From assembly GCA_002189035.1 (NCBI GenBank), contig NEEC01000020.1, forward strand, positions 1,674,001-1,738,000: a stretch of DNA of 64,000 nucleotides, in the 5' to 3' direction. The translations under genes were made by a program, and so were the position numbers. The notes under the pieces are model-generated. The model was given only the letters and a program-made list of their open reading frames with translations. It was not told where the DNA came from and ran no database searches. Positions 48,840 through 62,250 of the stretch are shown piece after piece. The number at the start of each line of letters is the position of its first letter. Position 1 is the first letter of the stretch. The stretch is from Utricularia gibba (taxonomy: Eukaryota; Plantae; Magnoliophyta).

Positions 48840-50459
48840 TAGTAACGAGGAAAACTTCGTTCTGATGGAACATCGATCCCAATTGTTTCGAGAGACGACC
48901 AAGTGTGTAGCACGTGATCCTTGAGTCGATTCTAAAACTTCAACACACTTGGCAACATTGAAGAGCTCCTTCAAGTTAACATGTTGAGTTTAGGATCAGC
49001 AATTTGAACGAGCCAATGTCTGTGGTTCTTTAGATGCTCCAACAGAACTTTGACTCAAACGAAGTGTACCCAAGTCTTCAAGGGAAGGAGTAAAGTCATT
49101 GAGGTAGTCAATGTCTTATAATATTGGCTCATTATCTTCACTCATTCCTTGAGGTAATATGCCATAACTTGGAGTCATATAATATGATTCCATCAAATAA
49201 CTCTTGCTAAAGTATTTCGTAAGGAGGTGAGGAGTCATGAAATTTCTTAGCATTTGAATTCTCCAATAATGTAACTAATAAGATGATAAACGAAAAATTA
49301 TGCAATGTCGTTAAATGCAAATTTTCCTATCAAATAAATTTATAACCTAACCCACTTCAAGCATAAAACAATTATGAGCATAGTGATTAGGGTTGAACAC
49401 GAAGAGCAGGTGCTTATCAAGTGATTAGCCAAAGCATGAAATCAATGTCACGTTGATAAAATTGGTCTTAGTTAGGACTAAGGCAGAACTAAAACGAAAT
49501 ACAGTAAAGAAAAGTAATAAATTCTGGAGATCGGTTATTTCTGGAATGGAATGGGTGATGCCTTAAGCCTCTTAGGGGATGTATACTCATCACTAAACAA
49601 GCTCACACAAACCACAAATCATATAACTAACTCACAAGATCTAGGTCTATCCGGATTCTTGTTTTTCCCCCTAATCTTTGATCTACCTCTAATTAGGGTT
49701 ATTTAGTTGGGTTTCACTACTTCCCCCTGCTGGATCTATCTTGGTTTGTTAGGGAAGTGGCGTGACTTATGGTTTATTAGGTCTAAGGATGGATTAGCAT
49801 ACTTCTCCCCTTTCACCCCAAAGCACCCCCCCTAAGTGCTTAGCCACTCATGCTTAAGGTAAACGAAAGTGGAAAAGAAAACATCACCCACAGTGTGCTC
49901 ATTTCACAATCGAATACCAGAAAGCAAACAAGCAAGTAATGTGAAATGTCAACAAGAAGACTAAAAACGTCGCTAGCTACTCTTAGCTAGGAGTAATATT
50001 CTTCAAAAACAGAAAAAAATAGTCTTGAACTTCAGCTTCGTTCCTATTTTTCTTCCTCTTCTTCTTCCCTCGAAAAACCTTCTCCAGAAACTTGTTCGTG
50101 AGTCTCCAAGGGGAGATCTGCCTTCTCTCTCCAACCTTTCTTCCCTTTTTGTCCAAAATCTTCCTTTTTCATCTCCATGGACTTTATGTGTACTCTTTTT
50201 CAGATTTCTGTCACCTTCTCTGCCACCACACTGTTCATACTCGGCTCCTTGGGATTTGTTTTGCGACCTATGCTGCATTGCTCGAAGGGAACTGTTAGAA
50301 GGTTGGGGCTAAATCACAGACTTAGTCCCAACTAAGACTAAAAGTGCACTCCTACGTTACTTATGTGCAAAAATATAGAAACAAACAATTAAGCTTAATT
50401 TTTGTAGCACAAAATGAGTAAATTCCATGCATTGAGCCACTAAAAAATATGTGTTATCA
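48840..50459 (-). mobile_element. Athila-like LTR remnant with adjacent degenerate PBS and gag-like sequence
   Basis: Ends ATATGTGTTATCA (revcomp TGATAACAC, like the LTR-C start). Degenerate PBS GCAATGTCGTTAA at ~49300. Shares ATCAAATAAATTTATAA with ~51435. Confidence 0.45.
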
Positions 50460-51399
50460 TAAGAACTACATTTTATTATGATGCAATACTAATATCATAT
50501 CATTTTAATGTAAAAATATGAATAAATAGATTACTGCTATTCGTTCATCCCACCATTCATCCTCTACCTTGATCGTATTTTTGTTGGATCCCACCCTATA
50601 TACCAGTCCAGGTTTTCAAATGAGTCCACCGATGCCCACAACCCTCGAAGTTCAAGCCATTTGTTCTTTATTCGCCCCATTGTATGTTCACAGCCTGCTC
50701 GTAAAATTAATTTCATCATGTAAAATTAACAACATTCAACTGCTCATTGAAACATCAGATTACTAAAATTTGTAAATTCATAAAAACAGCAAAGGAGTTG
50801 GAAGAAAGTCAAATCTGGAGCATCCTAAATGCTGAAAAATGATTTTAGTTAGTCATTTCAAATATAAATATATGCATACAAATCAAAGTGCAAGAGGGAA
50901 AACTATATAATAAATGAAAAACCTAAATTCCGATGAGCATTACTCCTACAAGTTGTGGGTCGAAAAATATTCCTAGTTTTTTTCTCCTCTAATCTTTGAG
51001 CTCTTCAGATTGAGTCATATAGGATTGTTCTTCTCTTTAGTGGGTTAATGAGTGGGAATAGGTTTTTAGATAGAAATTTGTATTTTTCAGGGGTATTTTT
51101 ATAAAATATTGATGTTCTGTTTTTTTTTTCTGCATTCTCATAGTACACAATGAGAATGTAATGAGAAAAATGCATCTATGCTCTACGTCTGATGAGCTAA
51201 TGATAATTGAAGTAAAGTTCAAAATGTTTGAACGCTGAGTGTCACCAAAACTCTGTAAATATAAAAAGAAATCATTATATTGAATTGGTAGATGTAGCAC
51301 ATTTACGATATATTTTTTTAACAATACTCACATCCTCTTATAACCATCTTGCATTGAAAAGTTCCTAAACAGTTTTTGTTGAACTGGTGATAAAGGAAA

Positions 51400-52790
51400 A
51401 TTTCCTAATATCATTGCAAAAATAGAAATTTCGCATCAAATAAATTTATAAGCCCTAATCTACACAAAATACAAATTTAGAAAACTTGTATAGTGGATTT
51501 CGAGGTCGATCACAAGAAGCTGGCACTTGCAATGTATTCTAAGCAGATGAAGAATTCGAAATAACAGTGAGTCTTAGTCTAAGCTCGGACAAATAGTGGT
51601 AAACAAGTTCAGTAAACAAAATAAGTAAACAATATCAGGTCTCAACGCTAAAGGTAATAGGTACTGGTTCTAACTCAGAATAATACTAAGATACTCTAAG
51701 GGTCTGCAGGTGATGTGGTACTAAGATACCTAATTTCATTTACCTTGTTCCTATACTCACAACTCTAAACAACCTAAGTCTACCCGCATGCAAAGCATAT
51801 AGAACTAGGTTTACCCGGTTCTACTAATTCTATCCCGGAGTAACACCTACTGCTCCTGCCTTGATTTGTTGATCTACCTCTAAATCAAGCATCCTAGTTA
51901 CGAAGTTACTTGTTTCCCTCCTTAAGTCTACCCATGGAATGATAGAAACAAAAACTAAGAAACAAGTATAAGTTATATTATTAACCCTAAACCATATCAC
52001 CATACTTCATCTTAGGACATCCCTAAAGTTTTAGCTACTTATACTTGGAAAATAAAACATGATTTTATTTAGACAATGTAACAAAAACAGTAGAAACATT
52101 GTAAGTTGGATACAGAAACTCAAAACGTTCAGTAAGCGAAAAGAAAATAAAGATTGTTCTGATGCCTGGTTGCTACTGTTCACGGCTCGGAATAGTAGCA
52201 CTGGATTGGGCTCTGGTGCTGTTCTTGAGGATGAAGCTTGTCTTCTCCTCTTCTCGATGGTGTTCTTCGTGTTTCTTCTCCCCCTAAGGAGAAGCCCCCT
52301 TGCATGCGTTTTTCGCTCCTCCCCTTTTTTCGAAAAATATCTCCCCTCCTTTACTCCATTGTATTGTTCCTGACACCAACATTGTTCCCAGCCTGAACTT
52401 GCAGACTGCAGGCGGTAGAACAGTGCTCTTTGTCTCTCTTCAGATATTGCACCCTTTTCTACTTGTTCCACACGTTTGGGAGTCTGATTTTGCTGCTAAC
52501 CTCCCTGCTGAACTTAATCGAAAATCAGTAACGAAGGTGGTGGACTAAATCAAAGGATTGAACTACTGACAATCTGCCAAGAGTTTTGGATTTAATATAT
52601 ATATTTTAGCACTAAATCTAATAAATCTAAGAGTAGTAATTGGTGTATTATTTTTTATGTGAAGGATAGGCTGGGTCCAACCCAAATCAAATCTGTTTGG
52701 AAAGAAGATCTTTTGTGTCATCGTAGCCCGCTTCAGTCCCCTTGAACTACTTCACATTTTTCTAGCAATTCAGATGGTATCATCAAATGA
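51400..52790 (-). repeat. Athila-like LTR remnant
   Basis: Shares ATCAAATAAATTTATAA and a GGTCGATCAC-type motif with other LTR ends. Boundaries are approximate and no TSD was found. Confidence 0.4.
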
Positions 52791-53549
52791 TACATGTCTC
52801 GGATAAGACTTTACAATGTATTAGAACACCCATGTTGACAAGAATTTACTCCGATAACATCTAGGGTTCCTTGAACAATGCAATATGTTACACCCGTAAA
52901 TCCTTAACCCTTCACTATCTCATTAAGACTTAAAATGTTCTTGTGACTTGTGGCCAATACTGGTGGGTAAATGATGCGATTTTCAAAACAATATGTATTT
53001 TGTAAATCAAATCCTTTGGTTAAATGAAGCAATTCATCAAAAAAAGATAGTTAACCTTCAAGCAATCAATTCCCTCATAACCCAATATATGAAAATGGTC
53101 ACTTTACAAAACAAAAAGAAGATGAGAGTGATGAACCATACTAAACACTATAATAAAGGCATAATAAATCTAAAGTTTTTCAAGAACTCAAAGTAGAAAA
53201 ATTGCTCTCAAAATAGATTACAACCTAGATTTCTTATTAACAAAACTGAGACCTTTCTTATATAGATAGAGAAATAAGTGTGTTTAAAAAAAATGTAATA
53301 GTAGTTAACTAGGAAATCATGAATCAATTTTACTCTACTTTTCATTTTGAGTAAGATGAACTCAATGCCATGTGTTTCATAATTTTTTTGATTGGCCATC
53401 ATTTTTTCAAAAGCTTTTGATTCTTCTGTGCTTTTAATATTTTGGTTGATCCAAGTGAAATCAACGAAGGATTAGTGATCTTTTTTCTTTTGTCTTTGTT
53501 ATCTTTATCTTTAGTATTCATAATCTCATCATCCCCCATTTTTTTAGCA

Positions 53550-54550
53550 GATTCAACATTGAATCACTATCTTATATATTACAAAGAATCAAGTCAGCAA
53601 TGTTGAATATAGAATGCACACCAAACTTACCTGGTAAATCCATTTTGTAAGTATTGTTATCAATTTTCTCAATGGTTCTAAATGGTCCATCCCCTTGGGT
53701 TGAAATTTTTTATTGTCTCTTGTTTGAAAAAAATTCTATATGAAAATGAACCCAAACTCAATCTTCTGGCTTAAGTATGACCTTCTTTCAATGTTTGTTC
53801 GCTTTCGCTGCCTATTTTTTGTTTCTGCTTCAACTTGGACTCAAAACTTCTCATGAAGTTTTCTTATGGTATCTACTCTCTTCATACCATCAAAACTACA
53901 AAATTCATCAGATGGCGATGACAATAAGTCTGCAGGATCACAAGGATTAAATCCATACACAATTTGAAAATGAGAGAACTAGTTATAAGAATGTACAACT
54001 TGATTGTATGTGAACTCCATATAAGGCAAGCAATTTTCTCATAGTCTAATATTCTTTTTTATGATGGCATGAAGTAAGCTAGATATGGCACCATTTATTA
54101 CCTTGGTTTTTCCATCAGTTTGTAGATGATAGATGGTAGAGAATAGGAGCTTGGTTCTACACTTACTTCAAACCATGCATAAAAAATGACTAAAAAACTT
54201 GATATCTTGATCACTTATAATGGTAAGTGGCATATCATGAAGCCTAATCTTCTTAAAGGATAAGTCAGCAATATGAGTTTCATGCATCATGAATCTTATG
54301 GCAAGGAATAAAATGTATCATTTTCCAGAATCTATCAACCACTAGGAATATTAAATCTCTTTTCTTTTGAGTCTTTGGTTACCTAAAACAAAAGTCATAG
54401 AGAGACCAATCCAAAGCTTATTCTTAATTTGCTTGAATGCAAACCCTTGTGCTTCCCCAAACAAACTTGAATATTTTTCTTTATTACCTCATTCAATGGT
54501 ACAACAAGAGTACTAAAATTCTTGACGAAAGAATAGTAGAAACTTAATGA
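53550..54550 (-). pseudogene. CRM-clade (centromeric retrotransposon) integrase remnant
   Basis: Minus strand reads [38 protein letters not shown]...GDGPFRTIEKIDNNTYKMDLPGKFGVHSIFNIADL. Confidence 0.8.
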
Positions 54551-54559
54551 AAACATGTG

Positions 54560-57500
54560 GAACATGCAGATGAGATCAAGCGCATGCCAGCAATGACTGA
54601 TTTTCTTATTTTGTTAGTTATTAGTTATGAGTTATTTGTGTAAATAGGGCACACTAGATTTCCTTTATGTGTGAATACAAACTATATTTTTGCTTTTCTT
54701 TACCGACAATTTCCTCCAATTCTTGCACACCCAACCTGCTTCAATAATTGCGTATGGTGTGGTGAGCGTGGAGGGCTGTGGATTTTCATCAGTTATCCAA
54801 TCGATAGTAGACCATTGAGACTTCAGTGACAATGAATATAGAGAGTGAGAATATGGAGAAGATTGTGGGAATTTTCTCAAGAAGGACATAGGGGTGTTCC
54901 ACTATACTTAATCGGCTCACACCACTCGAATGCAGCGTTGGTAAATGATTTTGATTGGAAACATGGAGTCAAATTAGCATTGGAGGCCAAAAACAAATTA
55001 GGTTTTTATCTATGGGGATATTCCGAAACCAGCAACTCCTAATCCAAATTATGGATTATGAATCATGTCATGGCTATTGCACTCGATATCTAAGGATATT
55101 GTTGGAGGTTTCACAGGTTGTACCAATGCTTATGATTTATGGAGGAAATTGGAGTAACATTATGGCCAACTAAACAATATTTTTTTCTATCAATCACAGT
55201 TTGATATTTATAACCACAAATAACGTGAGAATGTATCTATTGCAGAATATTATACAATGATGAATGCTTTGTGGAAGGACACAAGTACCTTGATGCTATA
55301 GGTGAAATGCGATAAATGTGAGGCTTCAATCTGCGCTGATAAGTTTTTGAAAGCAACCAAACTTCCTCAATTTCTCTTAGAATTGAATGATAAATTTGAG
55401 GATACTCGAAATCAGATCTTAGCTATGGATTCTATGCGAGTGGCAAAAGCATATGGCAGGTTACTCAATGTCAAGCACCATTTGAATAGGATGGAAGATT
55501 GAAGTTTAATTAACTTATTTGGAGATGCAGCCTTTGCTACTAGTTCAATTGGACAAGGACAAAATTCTAGTAATACTGGTGCAAATTTAGGACTAGGTCA
55601 AATGAGGGACAATCACTTTTGCATGATCCATAAGAAGAGTGGGACAAAGGACTAGGACTAGGACATATGGCTGAAAACTATTTTATGATTGTAGAACCAC
55701 CACCATGGCAGAGGCCTAAAAGTGGGAGACGGAATGGGTAGCAGCAACAAAGTCAAGTTGGAGGAAGAAGTAACTCGCACAACCGTCCATAGAGATAACA
55801 AAACTGGTATAATATGAATCAACCAAGGTCGGACTATCGATATGCAAAGCCCATGGCCCATTGTGTTGTTATGCCTATGGATGAGTCATATAATAATCCT
55901 CGATATGACAAATGTACATCCTAATAAGAATGGTATCTCTCCTGATGCAATGATGGTTTTGTAGGACCTAGCAAAATTACTCAGTGGTCAACAACAAAAT
56001 CAATACTTTGTTACACTTGCCTCGGGATCCTTTGGAAGTTCACAGCACCTAGTAAATTTCACTAAGCTTGAAATTCCAAACTTTCTAGTTTGGAATTTGT
56101 GAACTTGGCGAGATTTGAGTTAGAAATGGCAAGTAGAATACTTGATGCTTTTATATATAATTCTTGGCAGTGGATAGTTGATTTAGGTGCTATTACCCAC
56201 ATATGATATTTTGAGGAATATTTTATTTCACTATGAAACGCTAGAAATATACATGTAAGCATACCTAATGGTTTAGGTATATCGATTAGTTATTTGGGAA
56301 CAATATCTCTCATAGATAAGATTTATTCATTAAATACTTTATTGATGCTGTCATTTAAATATAACCTTTTATCTATAAAGTACTTAACAAATGATATGGA
56401 AATAAATATATTATTCTCAAGTCATTATTGCATGTTGCAGGGCTTGGGGAAAAATGAGGTGATAGTGTTTGGTACAGGCACTGGAGCTCTAATACAACGA
56501 AATGCATGAATTGAGAGAAAACACAAAGATCTATTAGAGGTCACTTGAGCTCTAATATTCCAAGTAGGATTACCAAAAGAATTTTGGGGAGAAGCTTTAT
56601 TAACACCAACATACATCATTAATAGATTGTCATAAGAGATTCTTAAATGAAAGACCCCATTTAAGGTGCTTATGGGAAAAGTATTGGAGTTATCATATTT
56701 ATGAGTTTTTGGTTGTTTGTGTTTATTAGGAATACTTGATCTCAGTGCAGACAAGTTGGAACCCATGGCTCGAAAATGTATTTTTTTTGGGTATCCTATG
56801 GATCTTAAGGGATACAAGTTATATGGCATAAGCAAAAAAGAGTTCTTTATATCCAAATATGTGCGATTTTATGAAGGTGTCTATCCTTATCGAGGGACCT
56901 ATGATAACATAGATAATGTTGAAACTGTATTGCCAATGCTATTTCTTGATGAGGAGCAACATGGATGCGATGGACACACAAGATTATTCACTACTGAAAG
57001 TCCTACTCCATATAGTGAAAAATCAGATGCCTTTGAGTGCCATACACTACACGAAGAGAAATCAGCGTCTAATGTTGCTGGTGATGAAACATGCACTAGC
57101 GATGTTCAACCATCTGAAGTTGAGTCCCGTGTAGTCGAAGATGATGAAATTGAGGAAAGAATGCAAATCAAACATGAAATGGAACAGCCACCTTTACGAA
57201 GAAGCACAACAATCAAGCAAGATCCGATTTGGATGAAAGACTTTGTAAGTTTTCAAGTTGAACTTGATGATCATGAAGAGTTTTCATTGGTTTTGGAGCC
57301 AAAGAACTATAAGGAAGCTCAAAATATCCATGAGTGGAATAAGGCTATATCAAAGAAGATTAAAGCCCATGAGAGAAACAAAACAAGGGAAATGGTTTAG
57401 TTTCCTGACAATCAAAAACTCATAGAATGCAAATTGGTATACAAAACTAGACTTGTTACAAAGGGATATATACAGGTCGAATGAATTGATTTTAATGAAT

Positions 57501-59300
57501 GCTTTGTACTAGTGGCTAAGCTTACAATCATTCAGATTCTTTTGACATTAAGTGCCAAGCACGATTGATTTTTGCACCAAGTGGATATCAATAATACTTT
57601 GTTTCATGGATATCTTGATAAAGAAATATACATGACACCTCTAGAAGGATACAAATGTAAAAAGGGGCACATTTTCTTGCTACTCGTTCCTTGTATGGGT
57701 TGAAGCAAGCATCAAGACATTGGAGTGTGGAAATCTGTTAAGTGTCATTTTCTAGTTATTTATTAGGTATTATTATGCATTAATCTAGTGTTAAGTTGCC
57801 CAATTAGCAATTATATTGATAAGTAATTGATTTTCCTTAGAAAAATCCTATTTTCTTATTTTGTATATATTTTCTGTCTTTTTTCGTATTCTTTGACCGA
57901 GACATGTCAGGAGACTGTCGTGGAGTATTGCAGGAGGTCAGAATCTGACTTTTTGTGCCTTGTATGTGACTTGAAACAATTGTGGGCGGAAGACTGACAC
58001 TGTTCAAGGCCCCTGACTTACGGCATGTCAGAGTTTGCAGCAATGATTGGGCGCTAACTTGCACGCAAAGGAAGGCTGGTGGTGCACGCAAGACTGAAGG
58101 TATGATGGGAAGGGCACTTCATTTTCAATTTCATTTTTGTTTTCATAACCCTTTGTGGCTAAAACCCTTTAGTTTCTAGGAAGTAGAAGAAGTTTCCCTC
58201 CAAGCCCTGGGCAATACACTCGGTTATTCGCTGAATTCATTTCGAATTTTGCATACTTCCACGTATCTTGTTGCAGTCTTTCTGTAAAAACTTTTAGTCA
58301 AGGTCCATGAGTAGCAGGCCACTCCTTGCGGATTTTAGTGAAGATCAAGGTGAAGAGCACCAACTCCAAACCTATTGGTTCAAGGGAAGTAGTGGATTGT
58401 TTGTGGTCTAGGTACCGTGACAATGGACACGTTGTGACCTCGGACCTGCCACTGATCATTAGCAACAGTTGGACACGCACGCACAATTCGGTTTGGAAGG
58501 GAATCCTCTTGTCTTCTCAATCATTCAAGGGGGAACCACATGAGGCTATTCTCGTGCCTCCTTGTCAATCTGATTGTAAGGGCGAGTAGACTATTCATTG
58601 CTCCTATAACCAGCTATTCGGAAGAAATCAGTGAAAAACGAGGCAAAGATAGACAAAGGAAGGAAATGGAATCTCATTCCCAGGAACTGTGCCCCGTAGT
58701 CAAGGCCCATCACTTAGGTTGTAACTTTTATTTCAGCATTTCACAAACCTCATTTTACAAAACCGTGACATTTTTTAGAAGTTTCTTGCAAATCACTTTT
58801 CACGAAAAACAACTCCCTGAGATCGATACTCGTAATATGCTCTTTTGTGTTTTACGTTTTAATATTTAAAATTTGTTGAGGAAACGACACGCAGCAAAAT
58901 CAAAAAATTTTTAGATACATTTGACTTCAAGTAAGCAACCTCTGATCCTTGTCTATTCATTCATTGGTCTTCATTTGTGTTCATGGCAATGATTGTATAT
59001 GATGATGGTGTCCTAATTGAAAGCTCTGACACATCATTCATTGAGGAGCTTAAGCAAGCATTGCATCAATGATTCACTTTTAAGGACAAGGAGGCAAGAT
59101 TCTTTTGGGTGTTGAATTGAAAAAGATTAACTTTGGTTATTTTCTTTCTTGAAAACAATATATACAAGACATCATTGAGAGTATTGGTATGTCAAAGTTG
59201 AAGGAGATTCAATCCCCTATGCCCAGAAATTTCTTGTTCTCCAATACAGGACATGAAATCTGCATGCAAGATTCAATCCCCCTATGCCAGAAACTAGCTA
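54560..59300 (+). mobile_element. Degraded Ty1/copia element interrupted in RT by a solo LTR
   Basis: Gag KLALEAKNKLGF; KLEPMARKCIFFGYP...GYKLY (ORF 56717-57400); EPKNYKEA; QVDINNTLFHGYL. After the solo LTR, RT resumes with SDPCLFIH...VYDDGVLI. Confidence 0.85.
57736..58896 (+). mobile_element. Solo LTR of family B (1161 bp)
   Basis: Reverse complement of 10012-11241; TGTTAAGTG...GCAGCA; TSD AAATC at 57731-57735 and 58897-58901. Confidence 0.93.
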
Positions 59301-59983
59301 AATGTAATCTACAATGCTGCTGCTAACACTTGGAAGAATATTAAGAATCATAATATAGACCAAATAATTGATTTAGCTAGTTTATGAGCACAATTCGAAG
59401 GGGCGCAAGACACAAGGAGGAGACATGATTAATATTCAGTTGCCTATAGTCTGCAAGTTCAAGCCGAGAATAGTACAGATATTAGGAATAGTGGACTAAC
59501 TTTGGAAAATGGAAAAAAAAGATGTGACGATATTTTTGGAGAGGGAAGAAGGAAGAGAATACGACCAGATCCCAGGAGGGGGATAGGAGAACACGAACGA
59601 AGGAAGATGAAGTCGATTTCTCCAGAAGGAAGACCAAAGACTTAAAGACAACATCAAAGACCCAATTCACCACTATTGTTCCGAATAGTAAATAGTAGCA
59701 GATCACGAACAAAATACTCAACTATATCTTTAGTTTGCTCGATATTTAGTTACTTTGACTGTTGTTTGACAATGTCTTTACCATTCCCTTCATTTTATCT
59801 TAATGATATAATGCTTTATTCTTCATATATGAGTAGTTAAAATCTTAGAGGATGTCTTAAGGAATAGAATGTTGGTGTGGATCTAGAGTTAGTAATATGA
59901 TTAAAGTAGTGTTCCGGAATATTTCATATATGAAATTTATGTTTGTTTATTAATATTTGAAAGAGTATTAGAAATCATAATAT

Positions 59984-60234
59984 GATTAAAGTAGTGTTCC
60001 GGAATATTTCTCCGCACTATTTCTACTTCCCGAAAAATATAAAGTAGAAATAGAAATAATTTGTAGAAGTAGGAATCTTGTTACTTTTAATTTTTACTGT
60101 TCGTATAACTTGATTTTAGAAATATTTCTACTATAATTAAAAGTAGAAATTAATTGTATTCCGTACAAAAATTATTTTTGTTATTTCAAAAGTAGAAATA
60201 GTACCCAGAAATATTCCGGAACATTGCTTTAGCC
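59984..60234. mobile_element. MITE-like element (~250 bp)
   Basis: TIR TAAAGTAGTGTTCCGGAATATTTCT (59987-60011) vs revcomp of 60207-60231 (23/25). Internal AGTAGAAAT repeats; TAT on both flanks. Confidence 0.7.
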
Positions 60235-61199
60235 TATATTATACATAAAAATACAAATAACACTACAATTAATAAAATATTTAAAATCATAATTAAAATA
60301 CCTAATTTTATTATTAAACATATCAATTTTATAAGTTAAAAACACTGATGAAATGTGTGTTGTCATGTCTTGAGCTTGTTTTATAGTTATAGGAATCTCT
60401 TATATTATCCATAAGGGAGGAGTAACTTATGATCCAATAAATCTTGTTTATCTTGATGAAATGGGTTGAATAGCTATCCAAATGCCAAAACAAATGTCCA
60501 TGTTCTATGGTTTCTTTTGGATTAAATGGTTTAAGTGGTATTTTTTAAATTCATTACTATTTCAAAATATCTTTTAATGACAAAACTTCTAATTACTTTT
60601 GTAATGTCAATCTTAATGATATTAGCCATGTTAAGTCAAATGCTTAGTGGAAAGAAGAATTCTTCTTTTTTCGATTCTGGGTCACGAGAATTATTTATTT
60701 TAATTTATCTTTTCGCACCCGTATTAGACGTTGGTGTGTATCCCGATTTCTTATCCATTGAAAAAATCGAACTTATTTATCTGATTTTGTTAGGTCTTTC
60801 TAAAAAAAATGAAAATAAATCTAGAATTTAACTAAATAAATTAACTTTAGTGTTTGGATCCGGTTCAAGACAACTCAATATTATTTCTGAAAATTAATTT
60901 GGAATTCAATTAGATATTAATTGATTTAAAAAATGTTCTGAAAATTGTTTGAAACATATCTCCAGTTTTATAGAAGTGAAAAATAATTTTGTTCCAATAT
61001 GCTTGTGATTTCAAAAATATTTATACATCTATTTTTAAGGAAAAATTTAACGAGTCAGCAAAACTGAAGTGTTTGTACAATAATAGCTAGAAATAATACT
61101 GATAATAATGTTTCAAATATTTGTTGTCTTGTTGATGTAGGTGTGTACTCATTCCATATTTAGTAATAAGAATTGCATCTGCCACTTGCCAATCAATTA

Positions 61200-62250
61200 G
61201 GTCTCGTTGTATTTGCTAACCTCCCCCTTCTCTGGTTGGTAGAGACCATGACAATCAACAATTATTATGCTATGAATCGATAATGCTCAAGTTCCGCCTA
61301 AGCACATTGTCTCTATGTATGCTTAGATGATTATTACCATATTATGTTGTACTGCACCCAAACAAAGAGATTATGGGCGAGGGTGGTGGATTGACTACAC
61401 ATAGATTTTATAATCTGCATCACTAGAGAAATTGACATCTACATAGTGAGTGAGCTGCAGTGGTATGCCAAGGCAATAGAGCTAACCAAATTGAGGTGTT
61501 CCGGCGACATATCGAAAGATTCTCTAGATACAGGTTACTAAATTGATGGTAGGCTAATGGATATACCATGAGATCAATCTGTTTGCTTGAACCAAATCAG
61601 GTTTGGAGTTGGTTAAAAACATCAGACACCCTATCATAGCTCTCAATGATATAACGTCAATCAGGGACCTTCTCTCTTCAATGAGATCAAATGCCTTGGT
61701 ACCAGGTAGTAAGGGACTAGGGACAATTGAGCAACCTTCCATGTCAAATCGCTTTAGCATGTTTTTAACAGATTGGTGCTATTTCTAGGCCAAGAAACTA
61801 ATCCATGAGTCCCAAGTGTATCATCTAAAATTTGTGCTTCATGAAGACCTTAAACTGTAAAACATAATTCTCATCTTTACTAGTGATGAGGAGATCATTG
61901 ACATATACCACTACAATAAGTGGGTTATTTAAAATTTTGACAAAGAGACTACTTCATTCTTGCTTTTTCTAAAACCAAAATCTTGTAGTGCTGATTCCAG
62001 CTTTGCATACCATCCACTATTGAAAACTCAAATGTCGTGTGCCGTAAGATTATAGAAAGAATAGACACAAAACATTTTAGCCTGGTAAAATCCAAAAAAT
62101 GGGAAAATCCACTAAAGCTTTTCACAAGTACACAACAATGTACAATAAAACAGCAGCCTGCAAGATGTGAACAAATCAGACTTCACGTTTTTCTGTTACG
62201 TGGTCATGCTATATGTTCATCTCCATTCTTGCAGCTTATTCATCCTCCAC
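61200..62250 (-). mobile_element. Ty1/copia RT-RNaseH remnant
   Basis: IVVVYVNDLLITSK; MLKRFDMEGCS..PSP; RAMIGCLMFLTNSKPDL; PPT-like AGAAGGGGGAG near 61225. Confidence 0.7.

Noticed and set aside
51388-51413. 26-bp TG...CA imperfect palindrome TGATAAAGGAAAATTTCCTAATATCA
   Set aside because: It is a single short AT-rich instance with no TSD and is plausible by chance at an LTR edge.
58326-58589. ORF in LTR family B similar to the LTR-A ORF (STNS...CLW...VV.S.L)
   Set aside because: The frame is not preserved between the two B LTRs or between A and B beyond this block. It is better explained by nucleotide conservation.
60535-60831. 98-aa hydrophobic ORF, possibly organellar
   Set aside because: It has no recognisable motif, and AT-rich DNA readily yields such frames.
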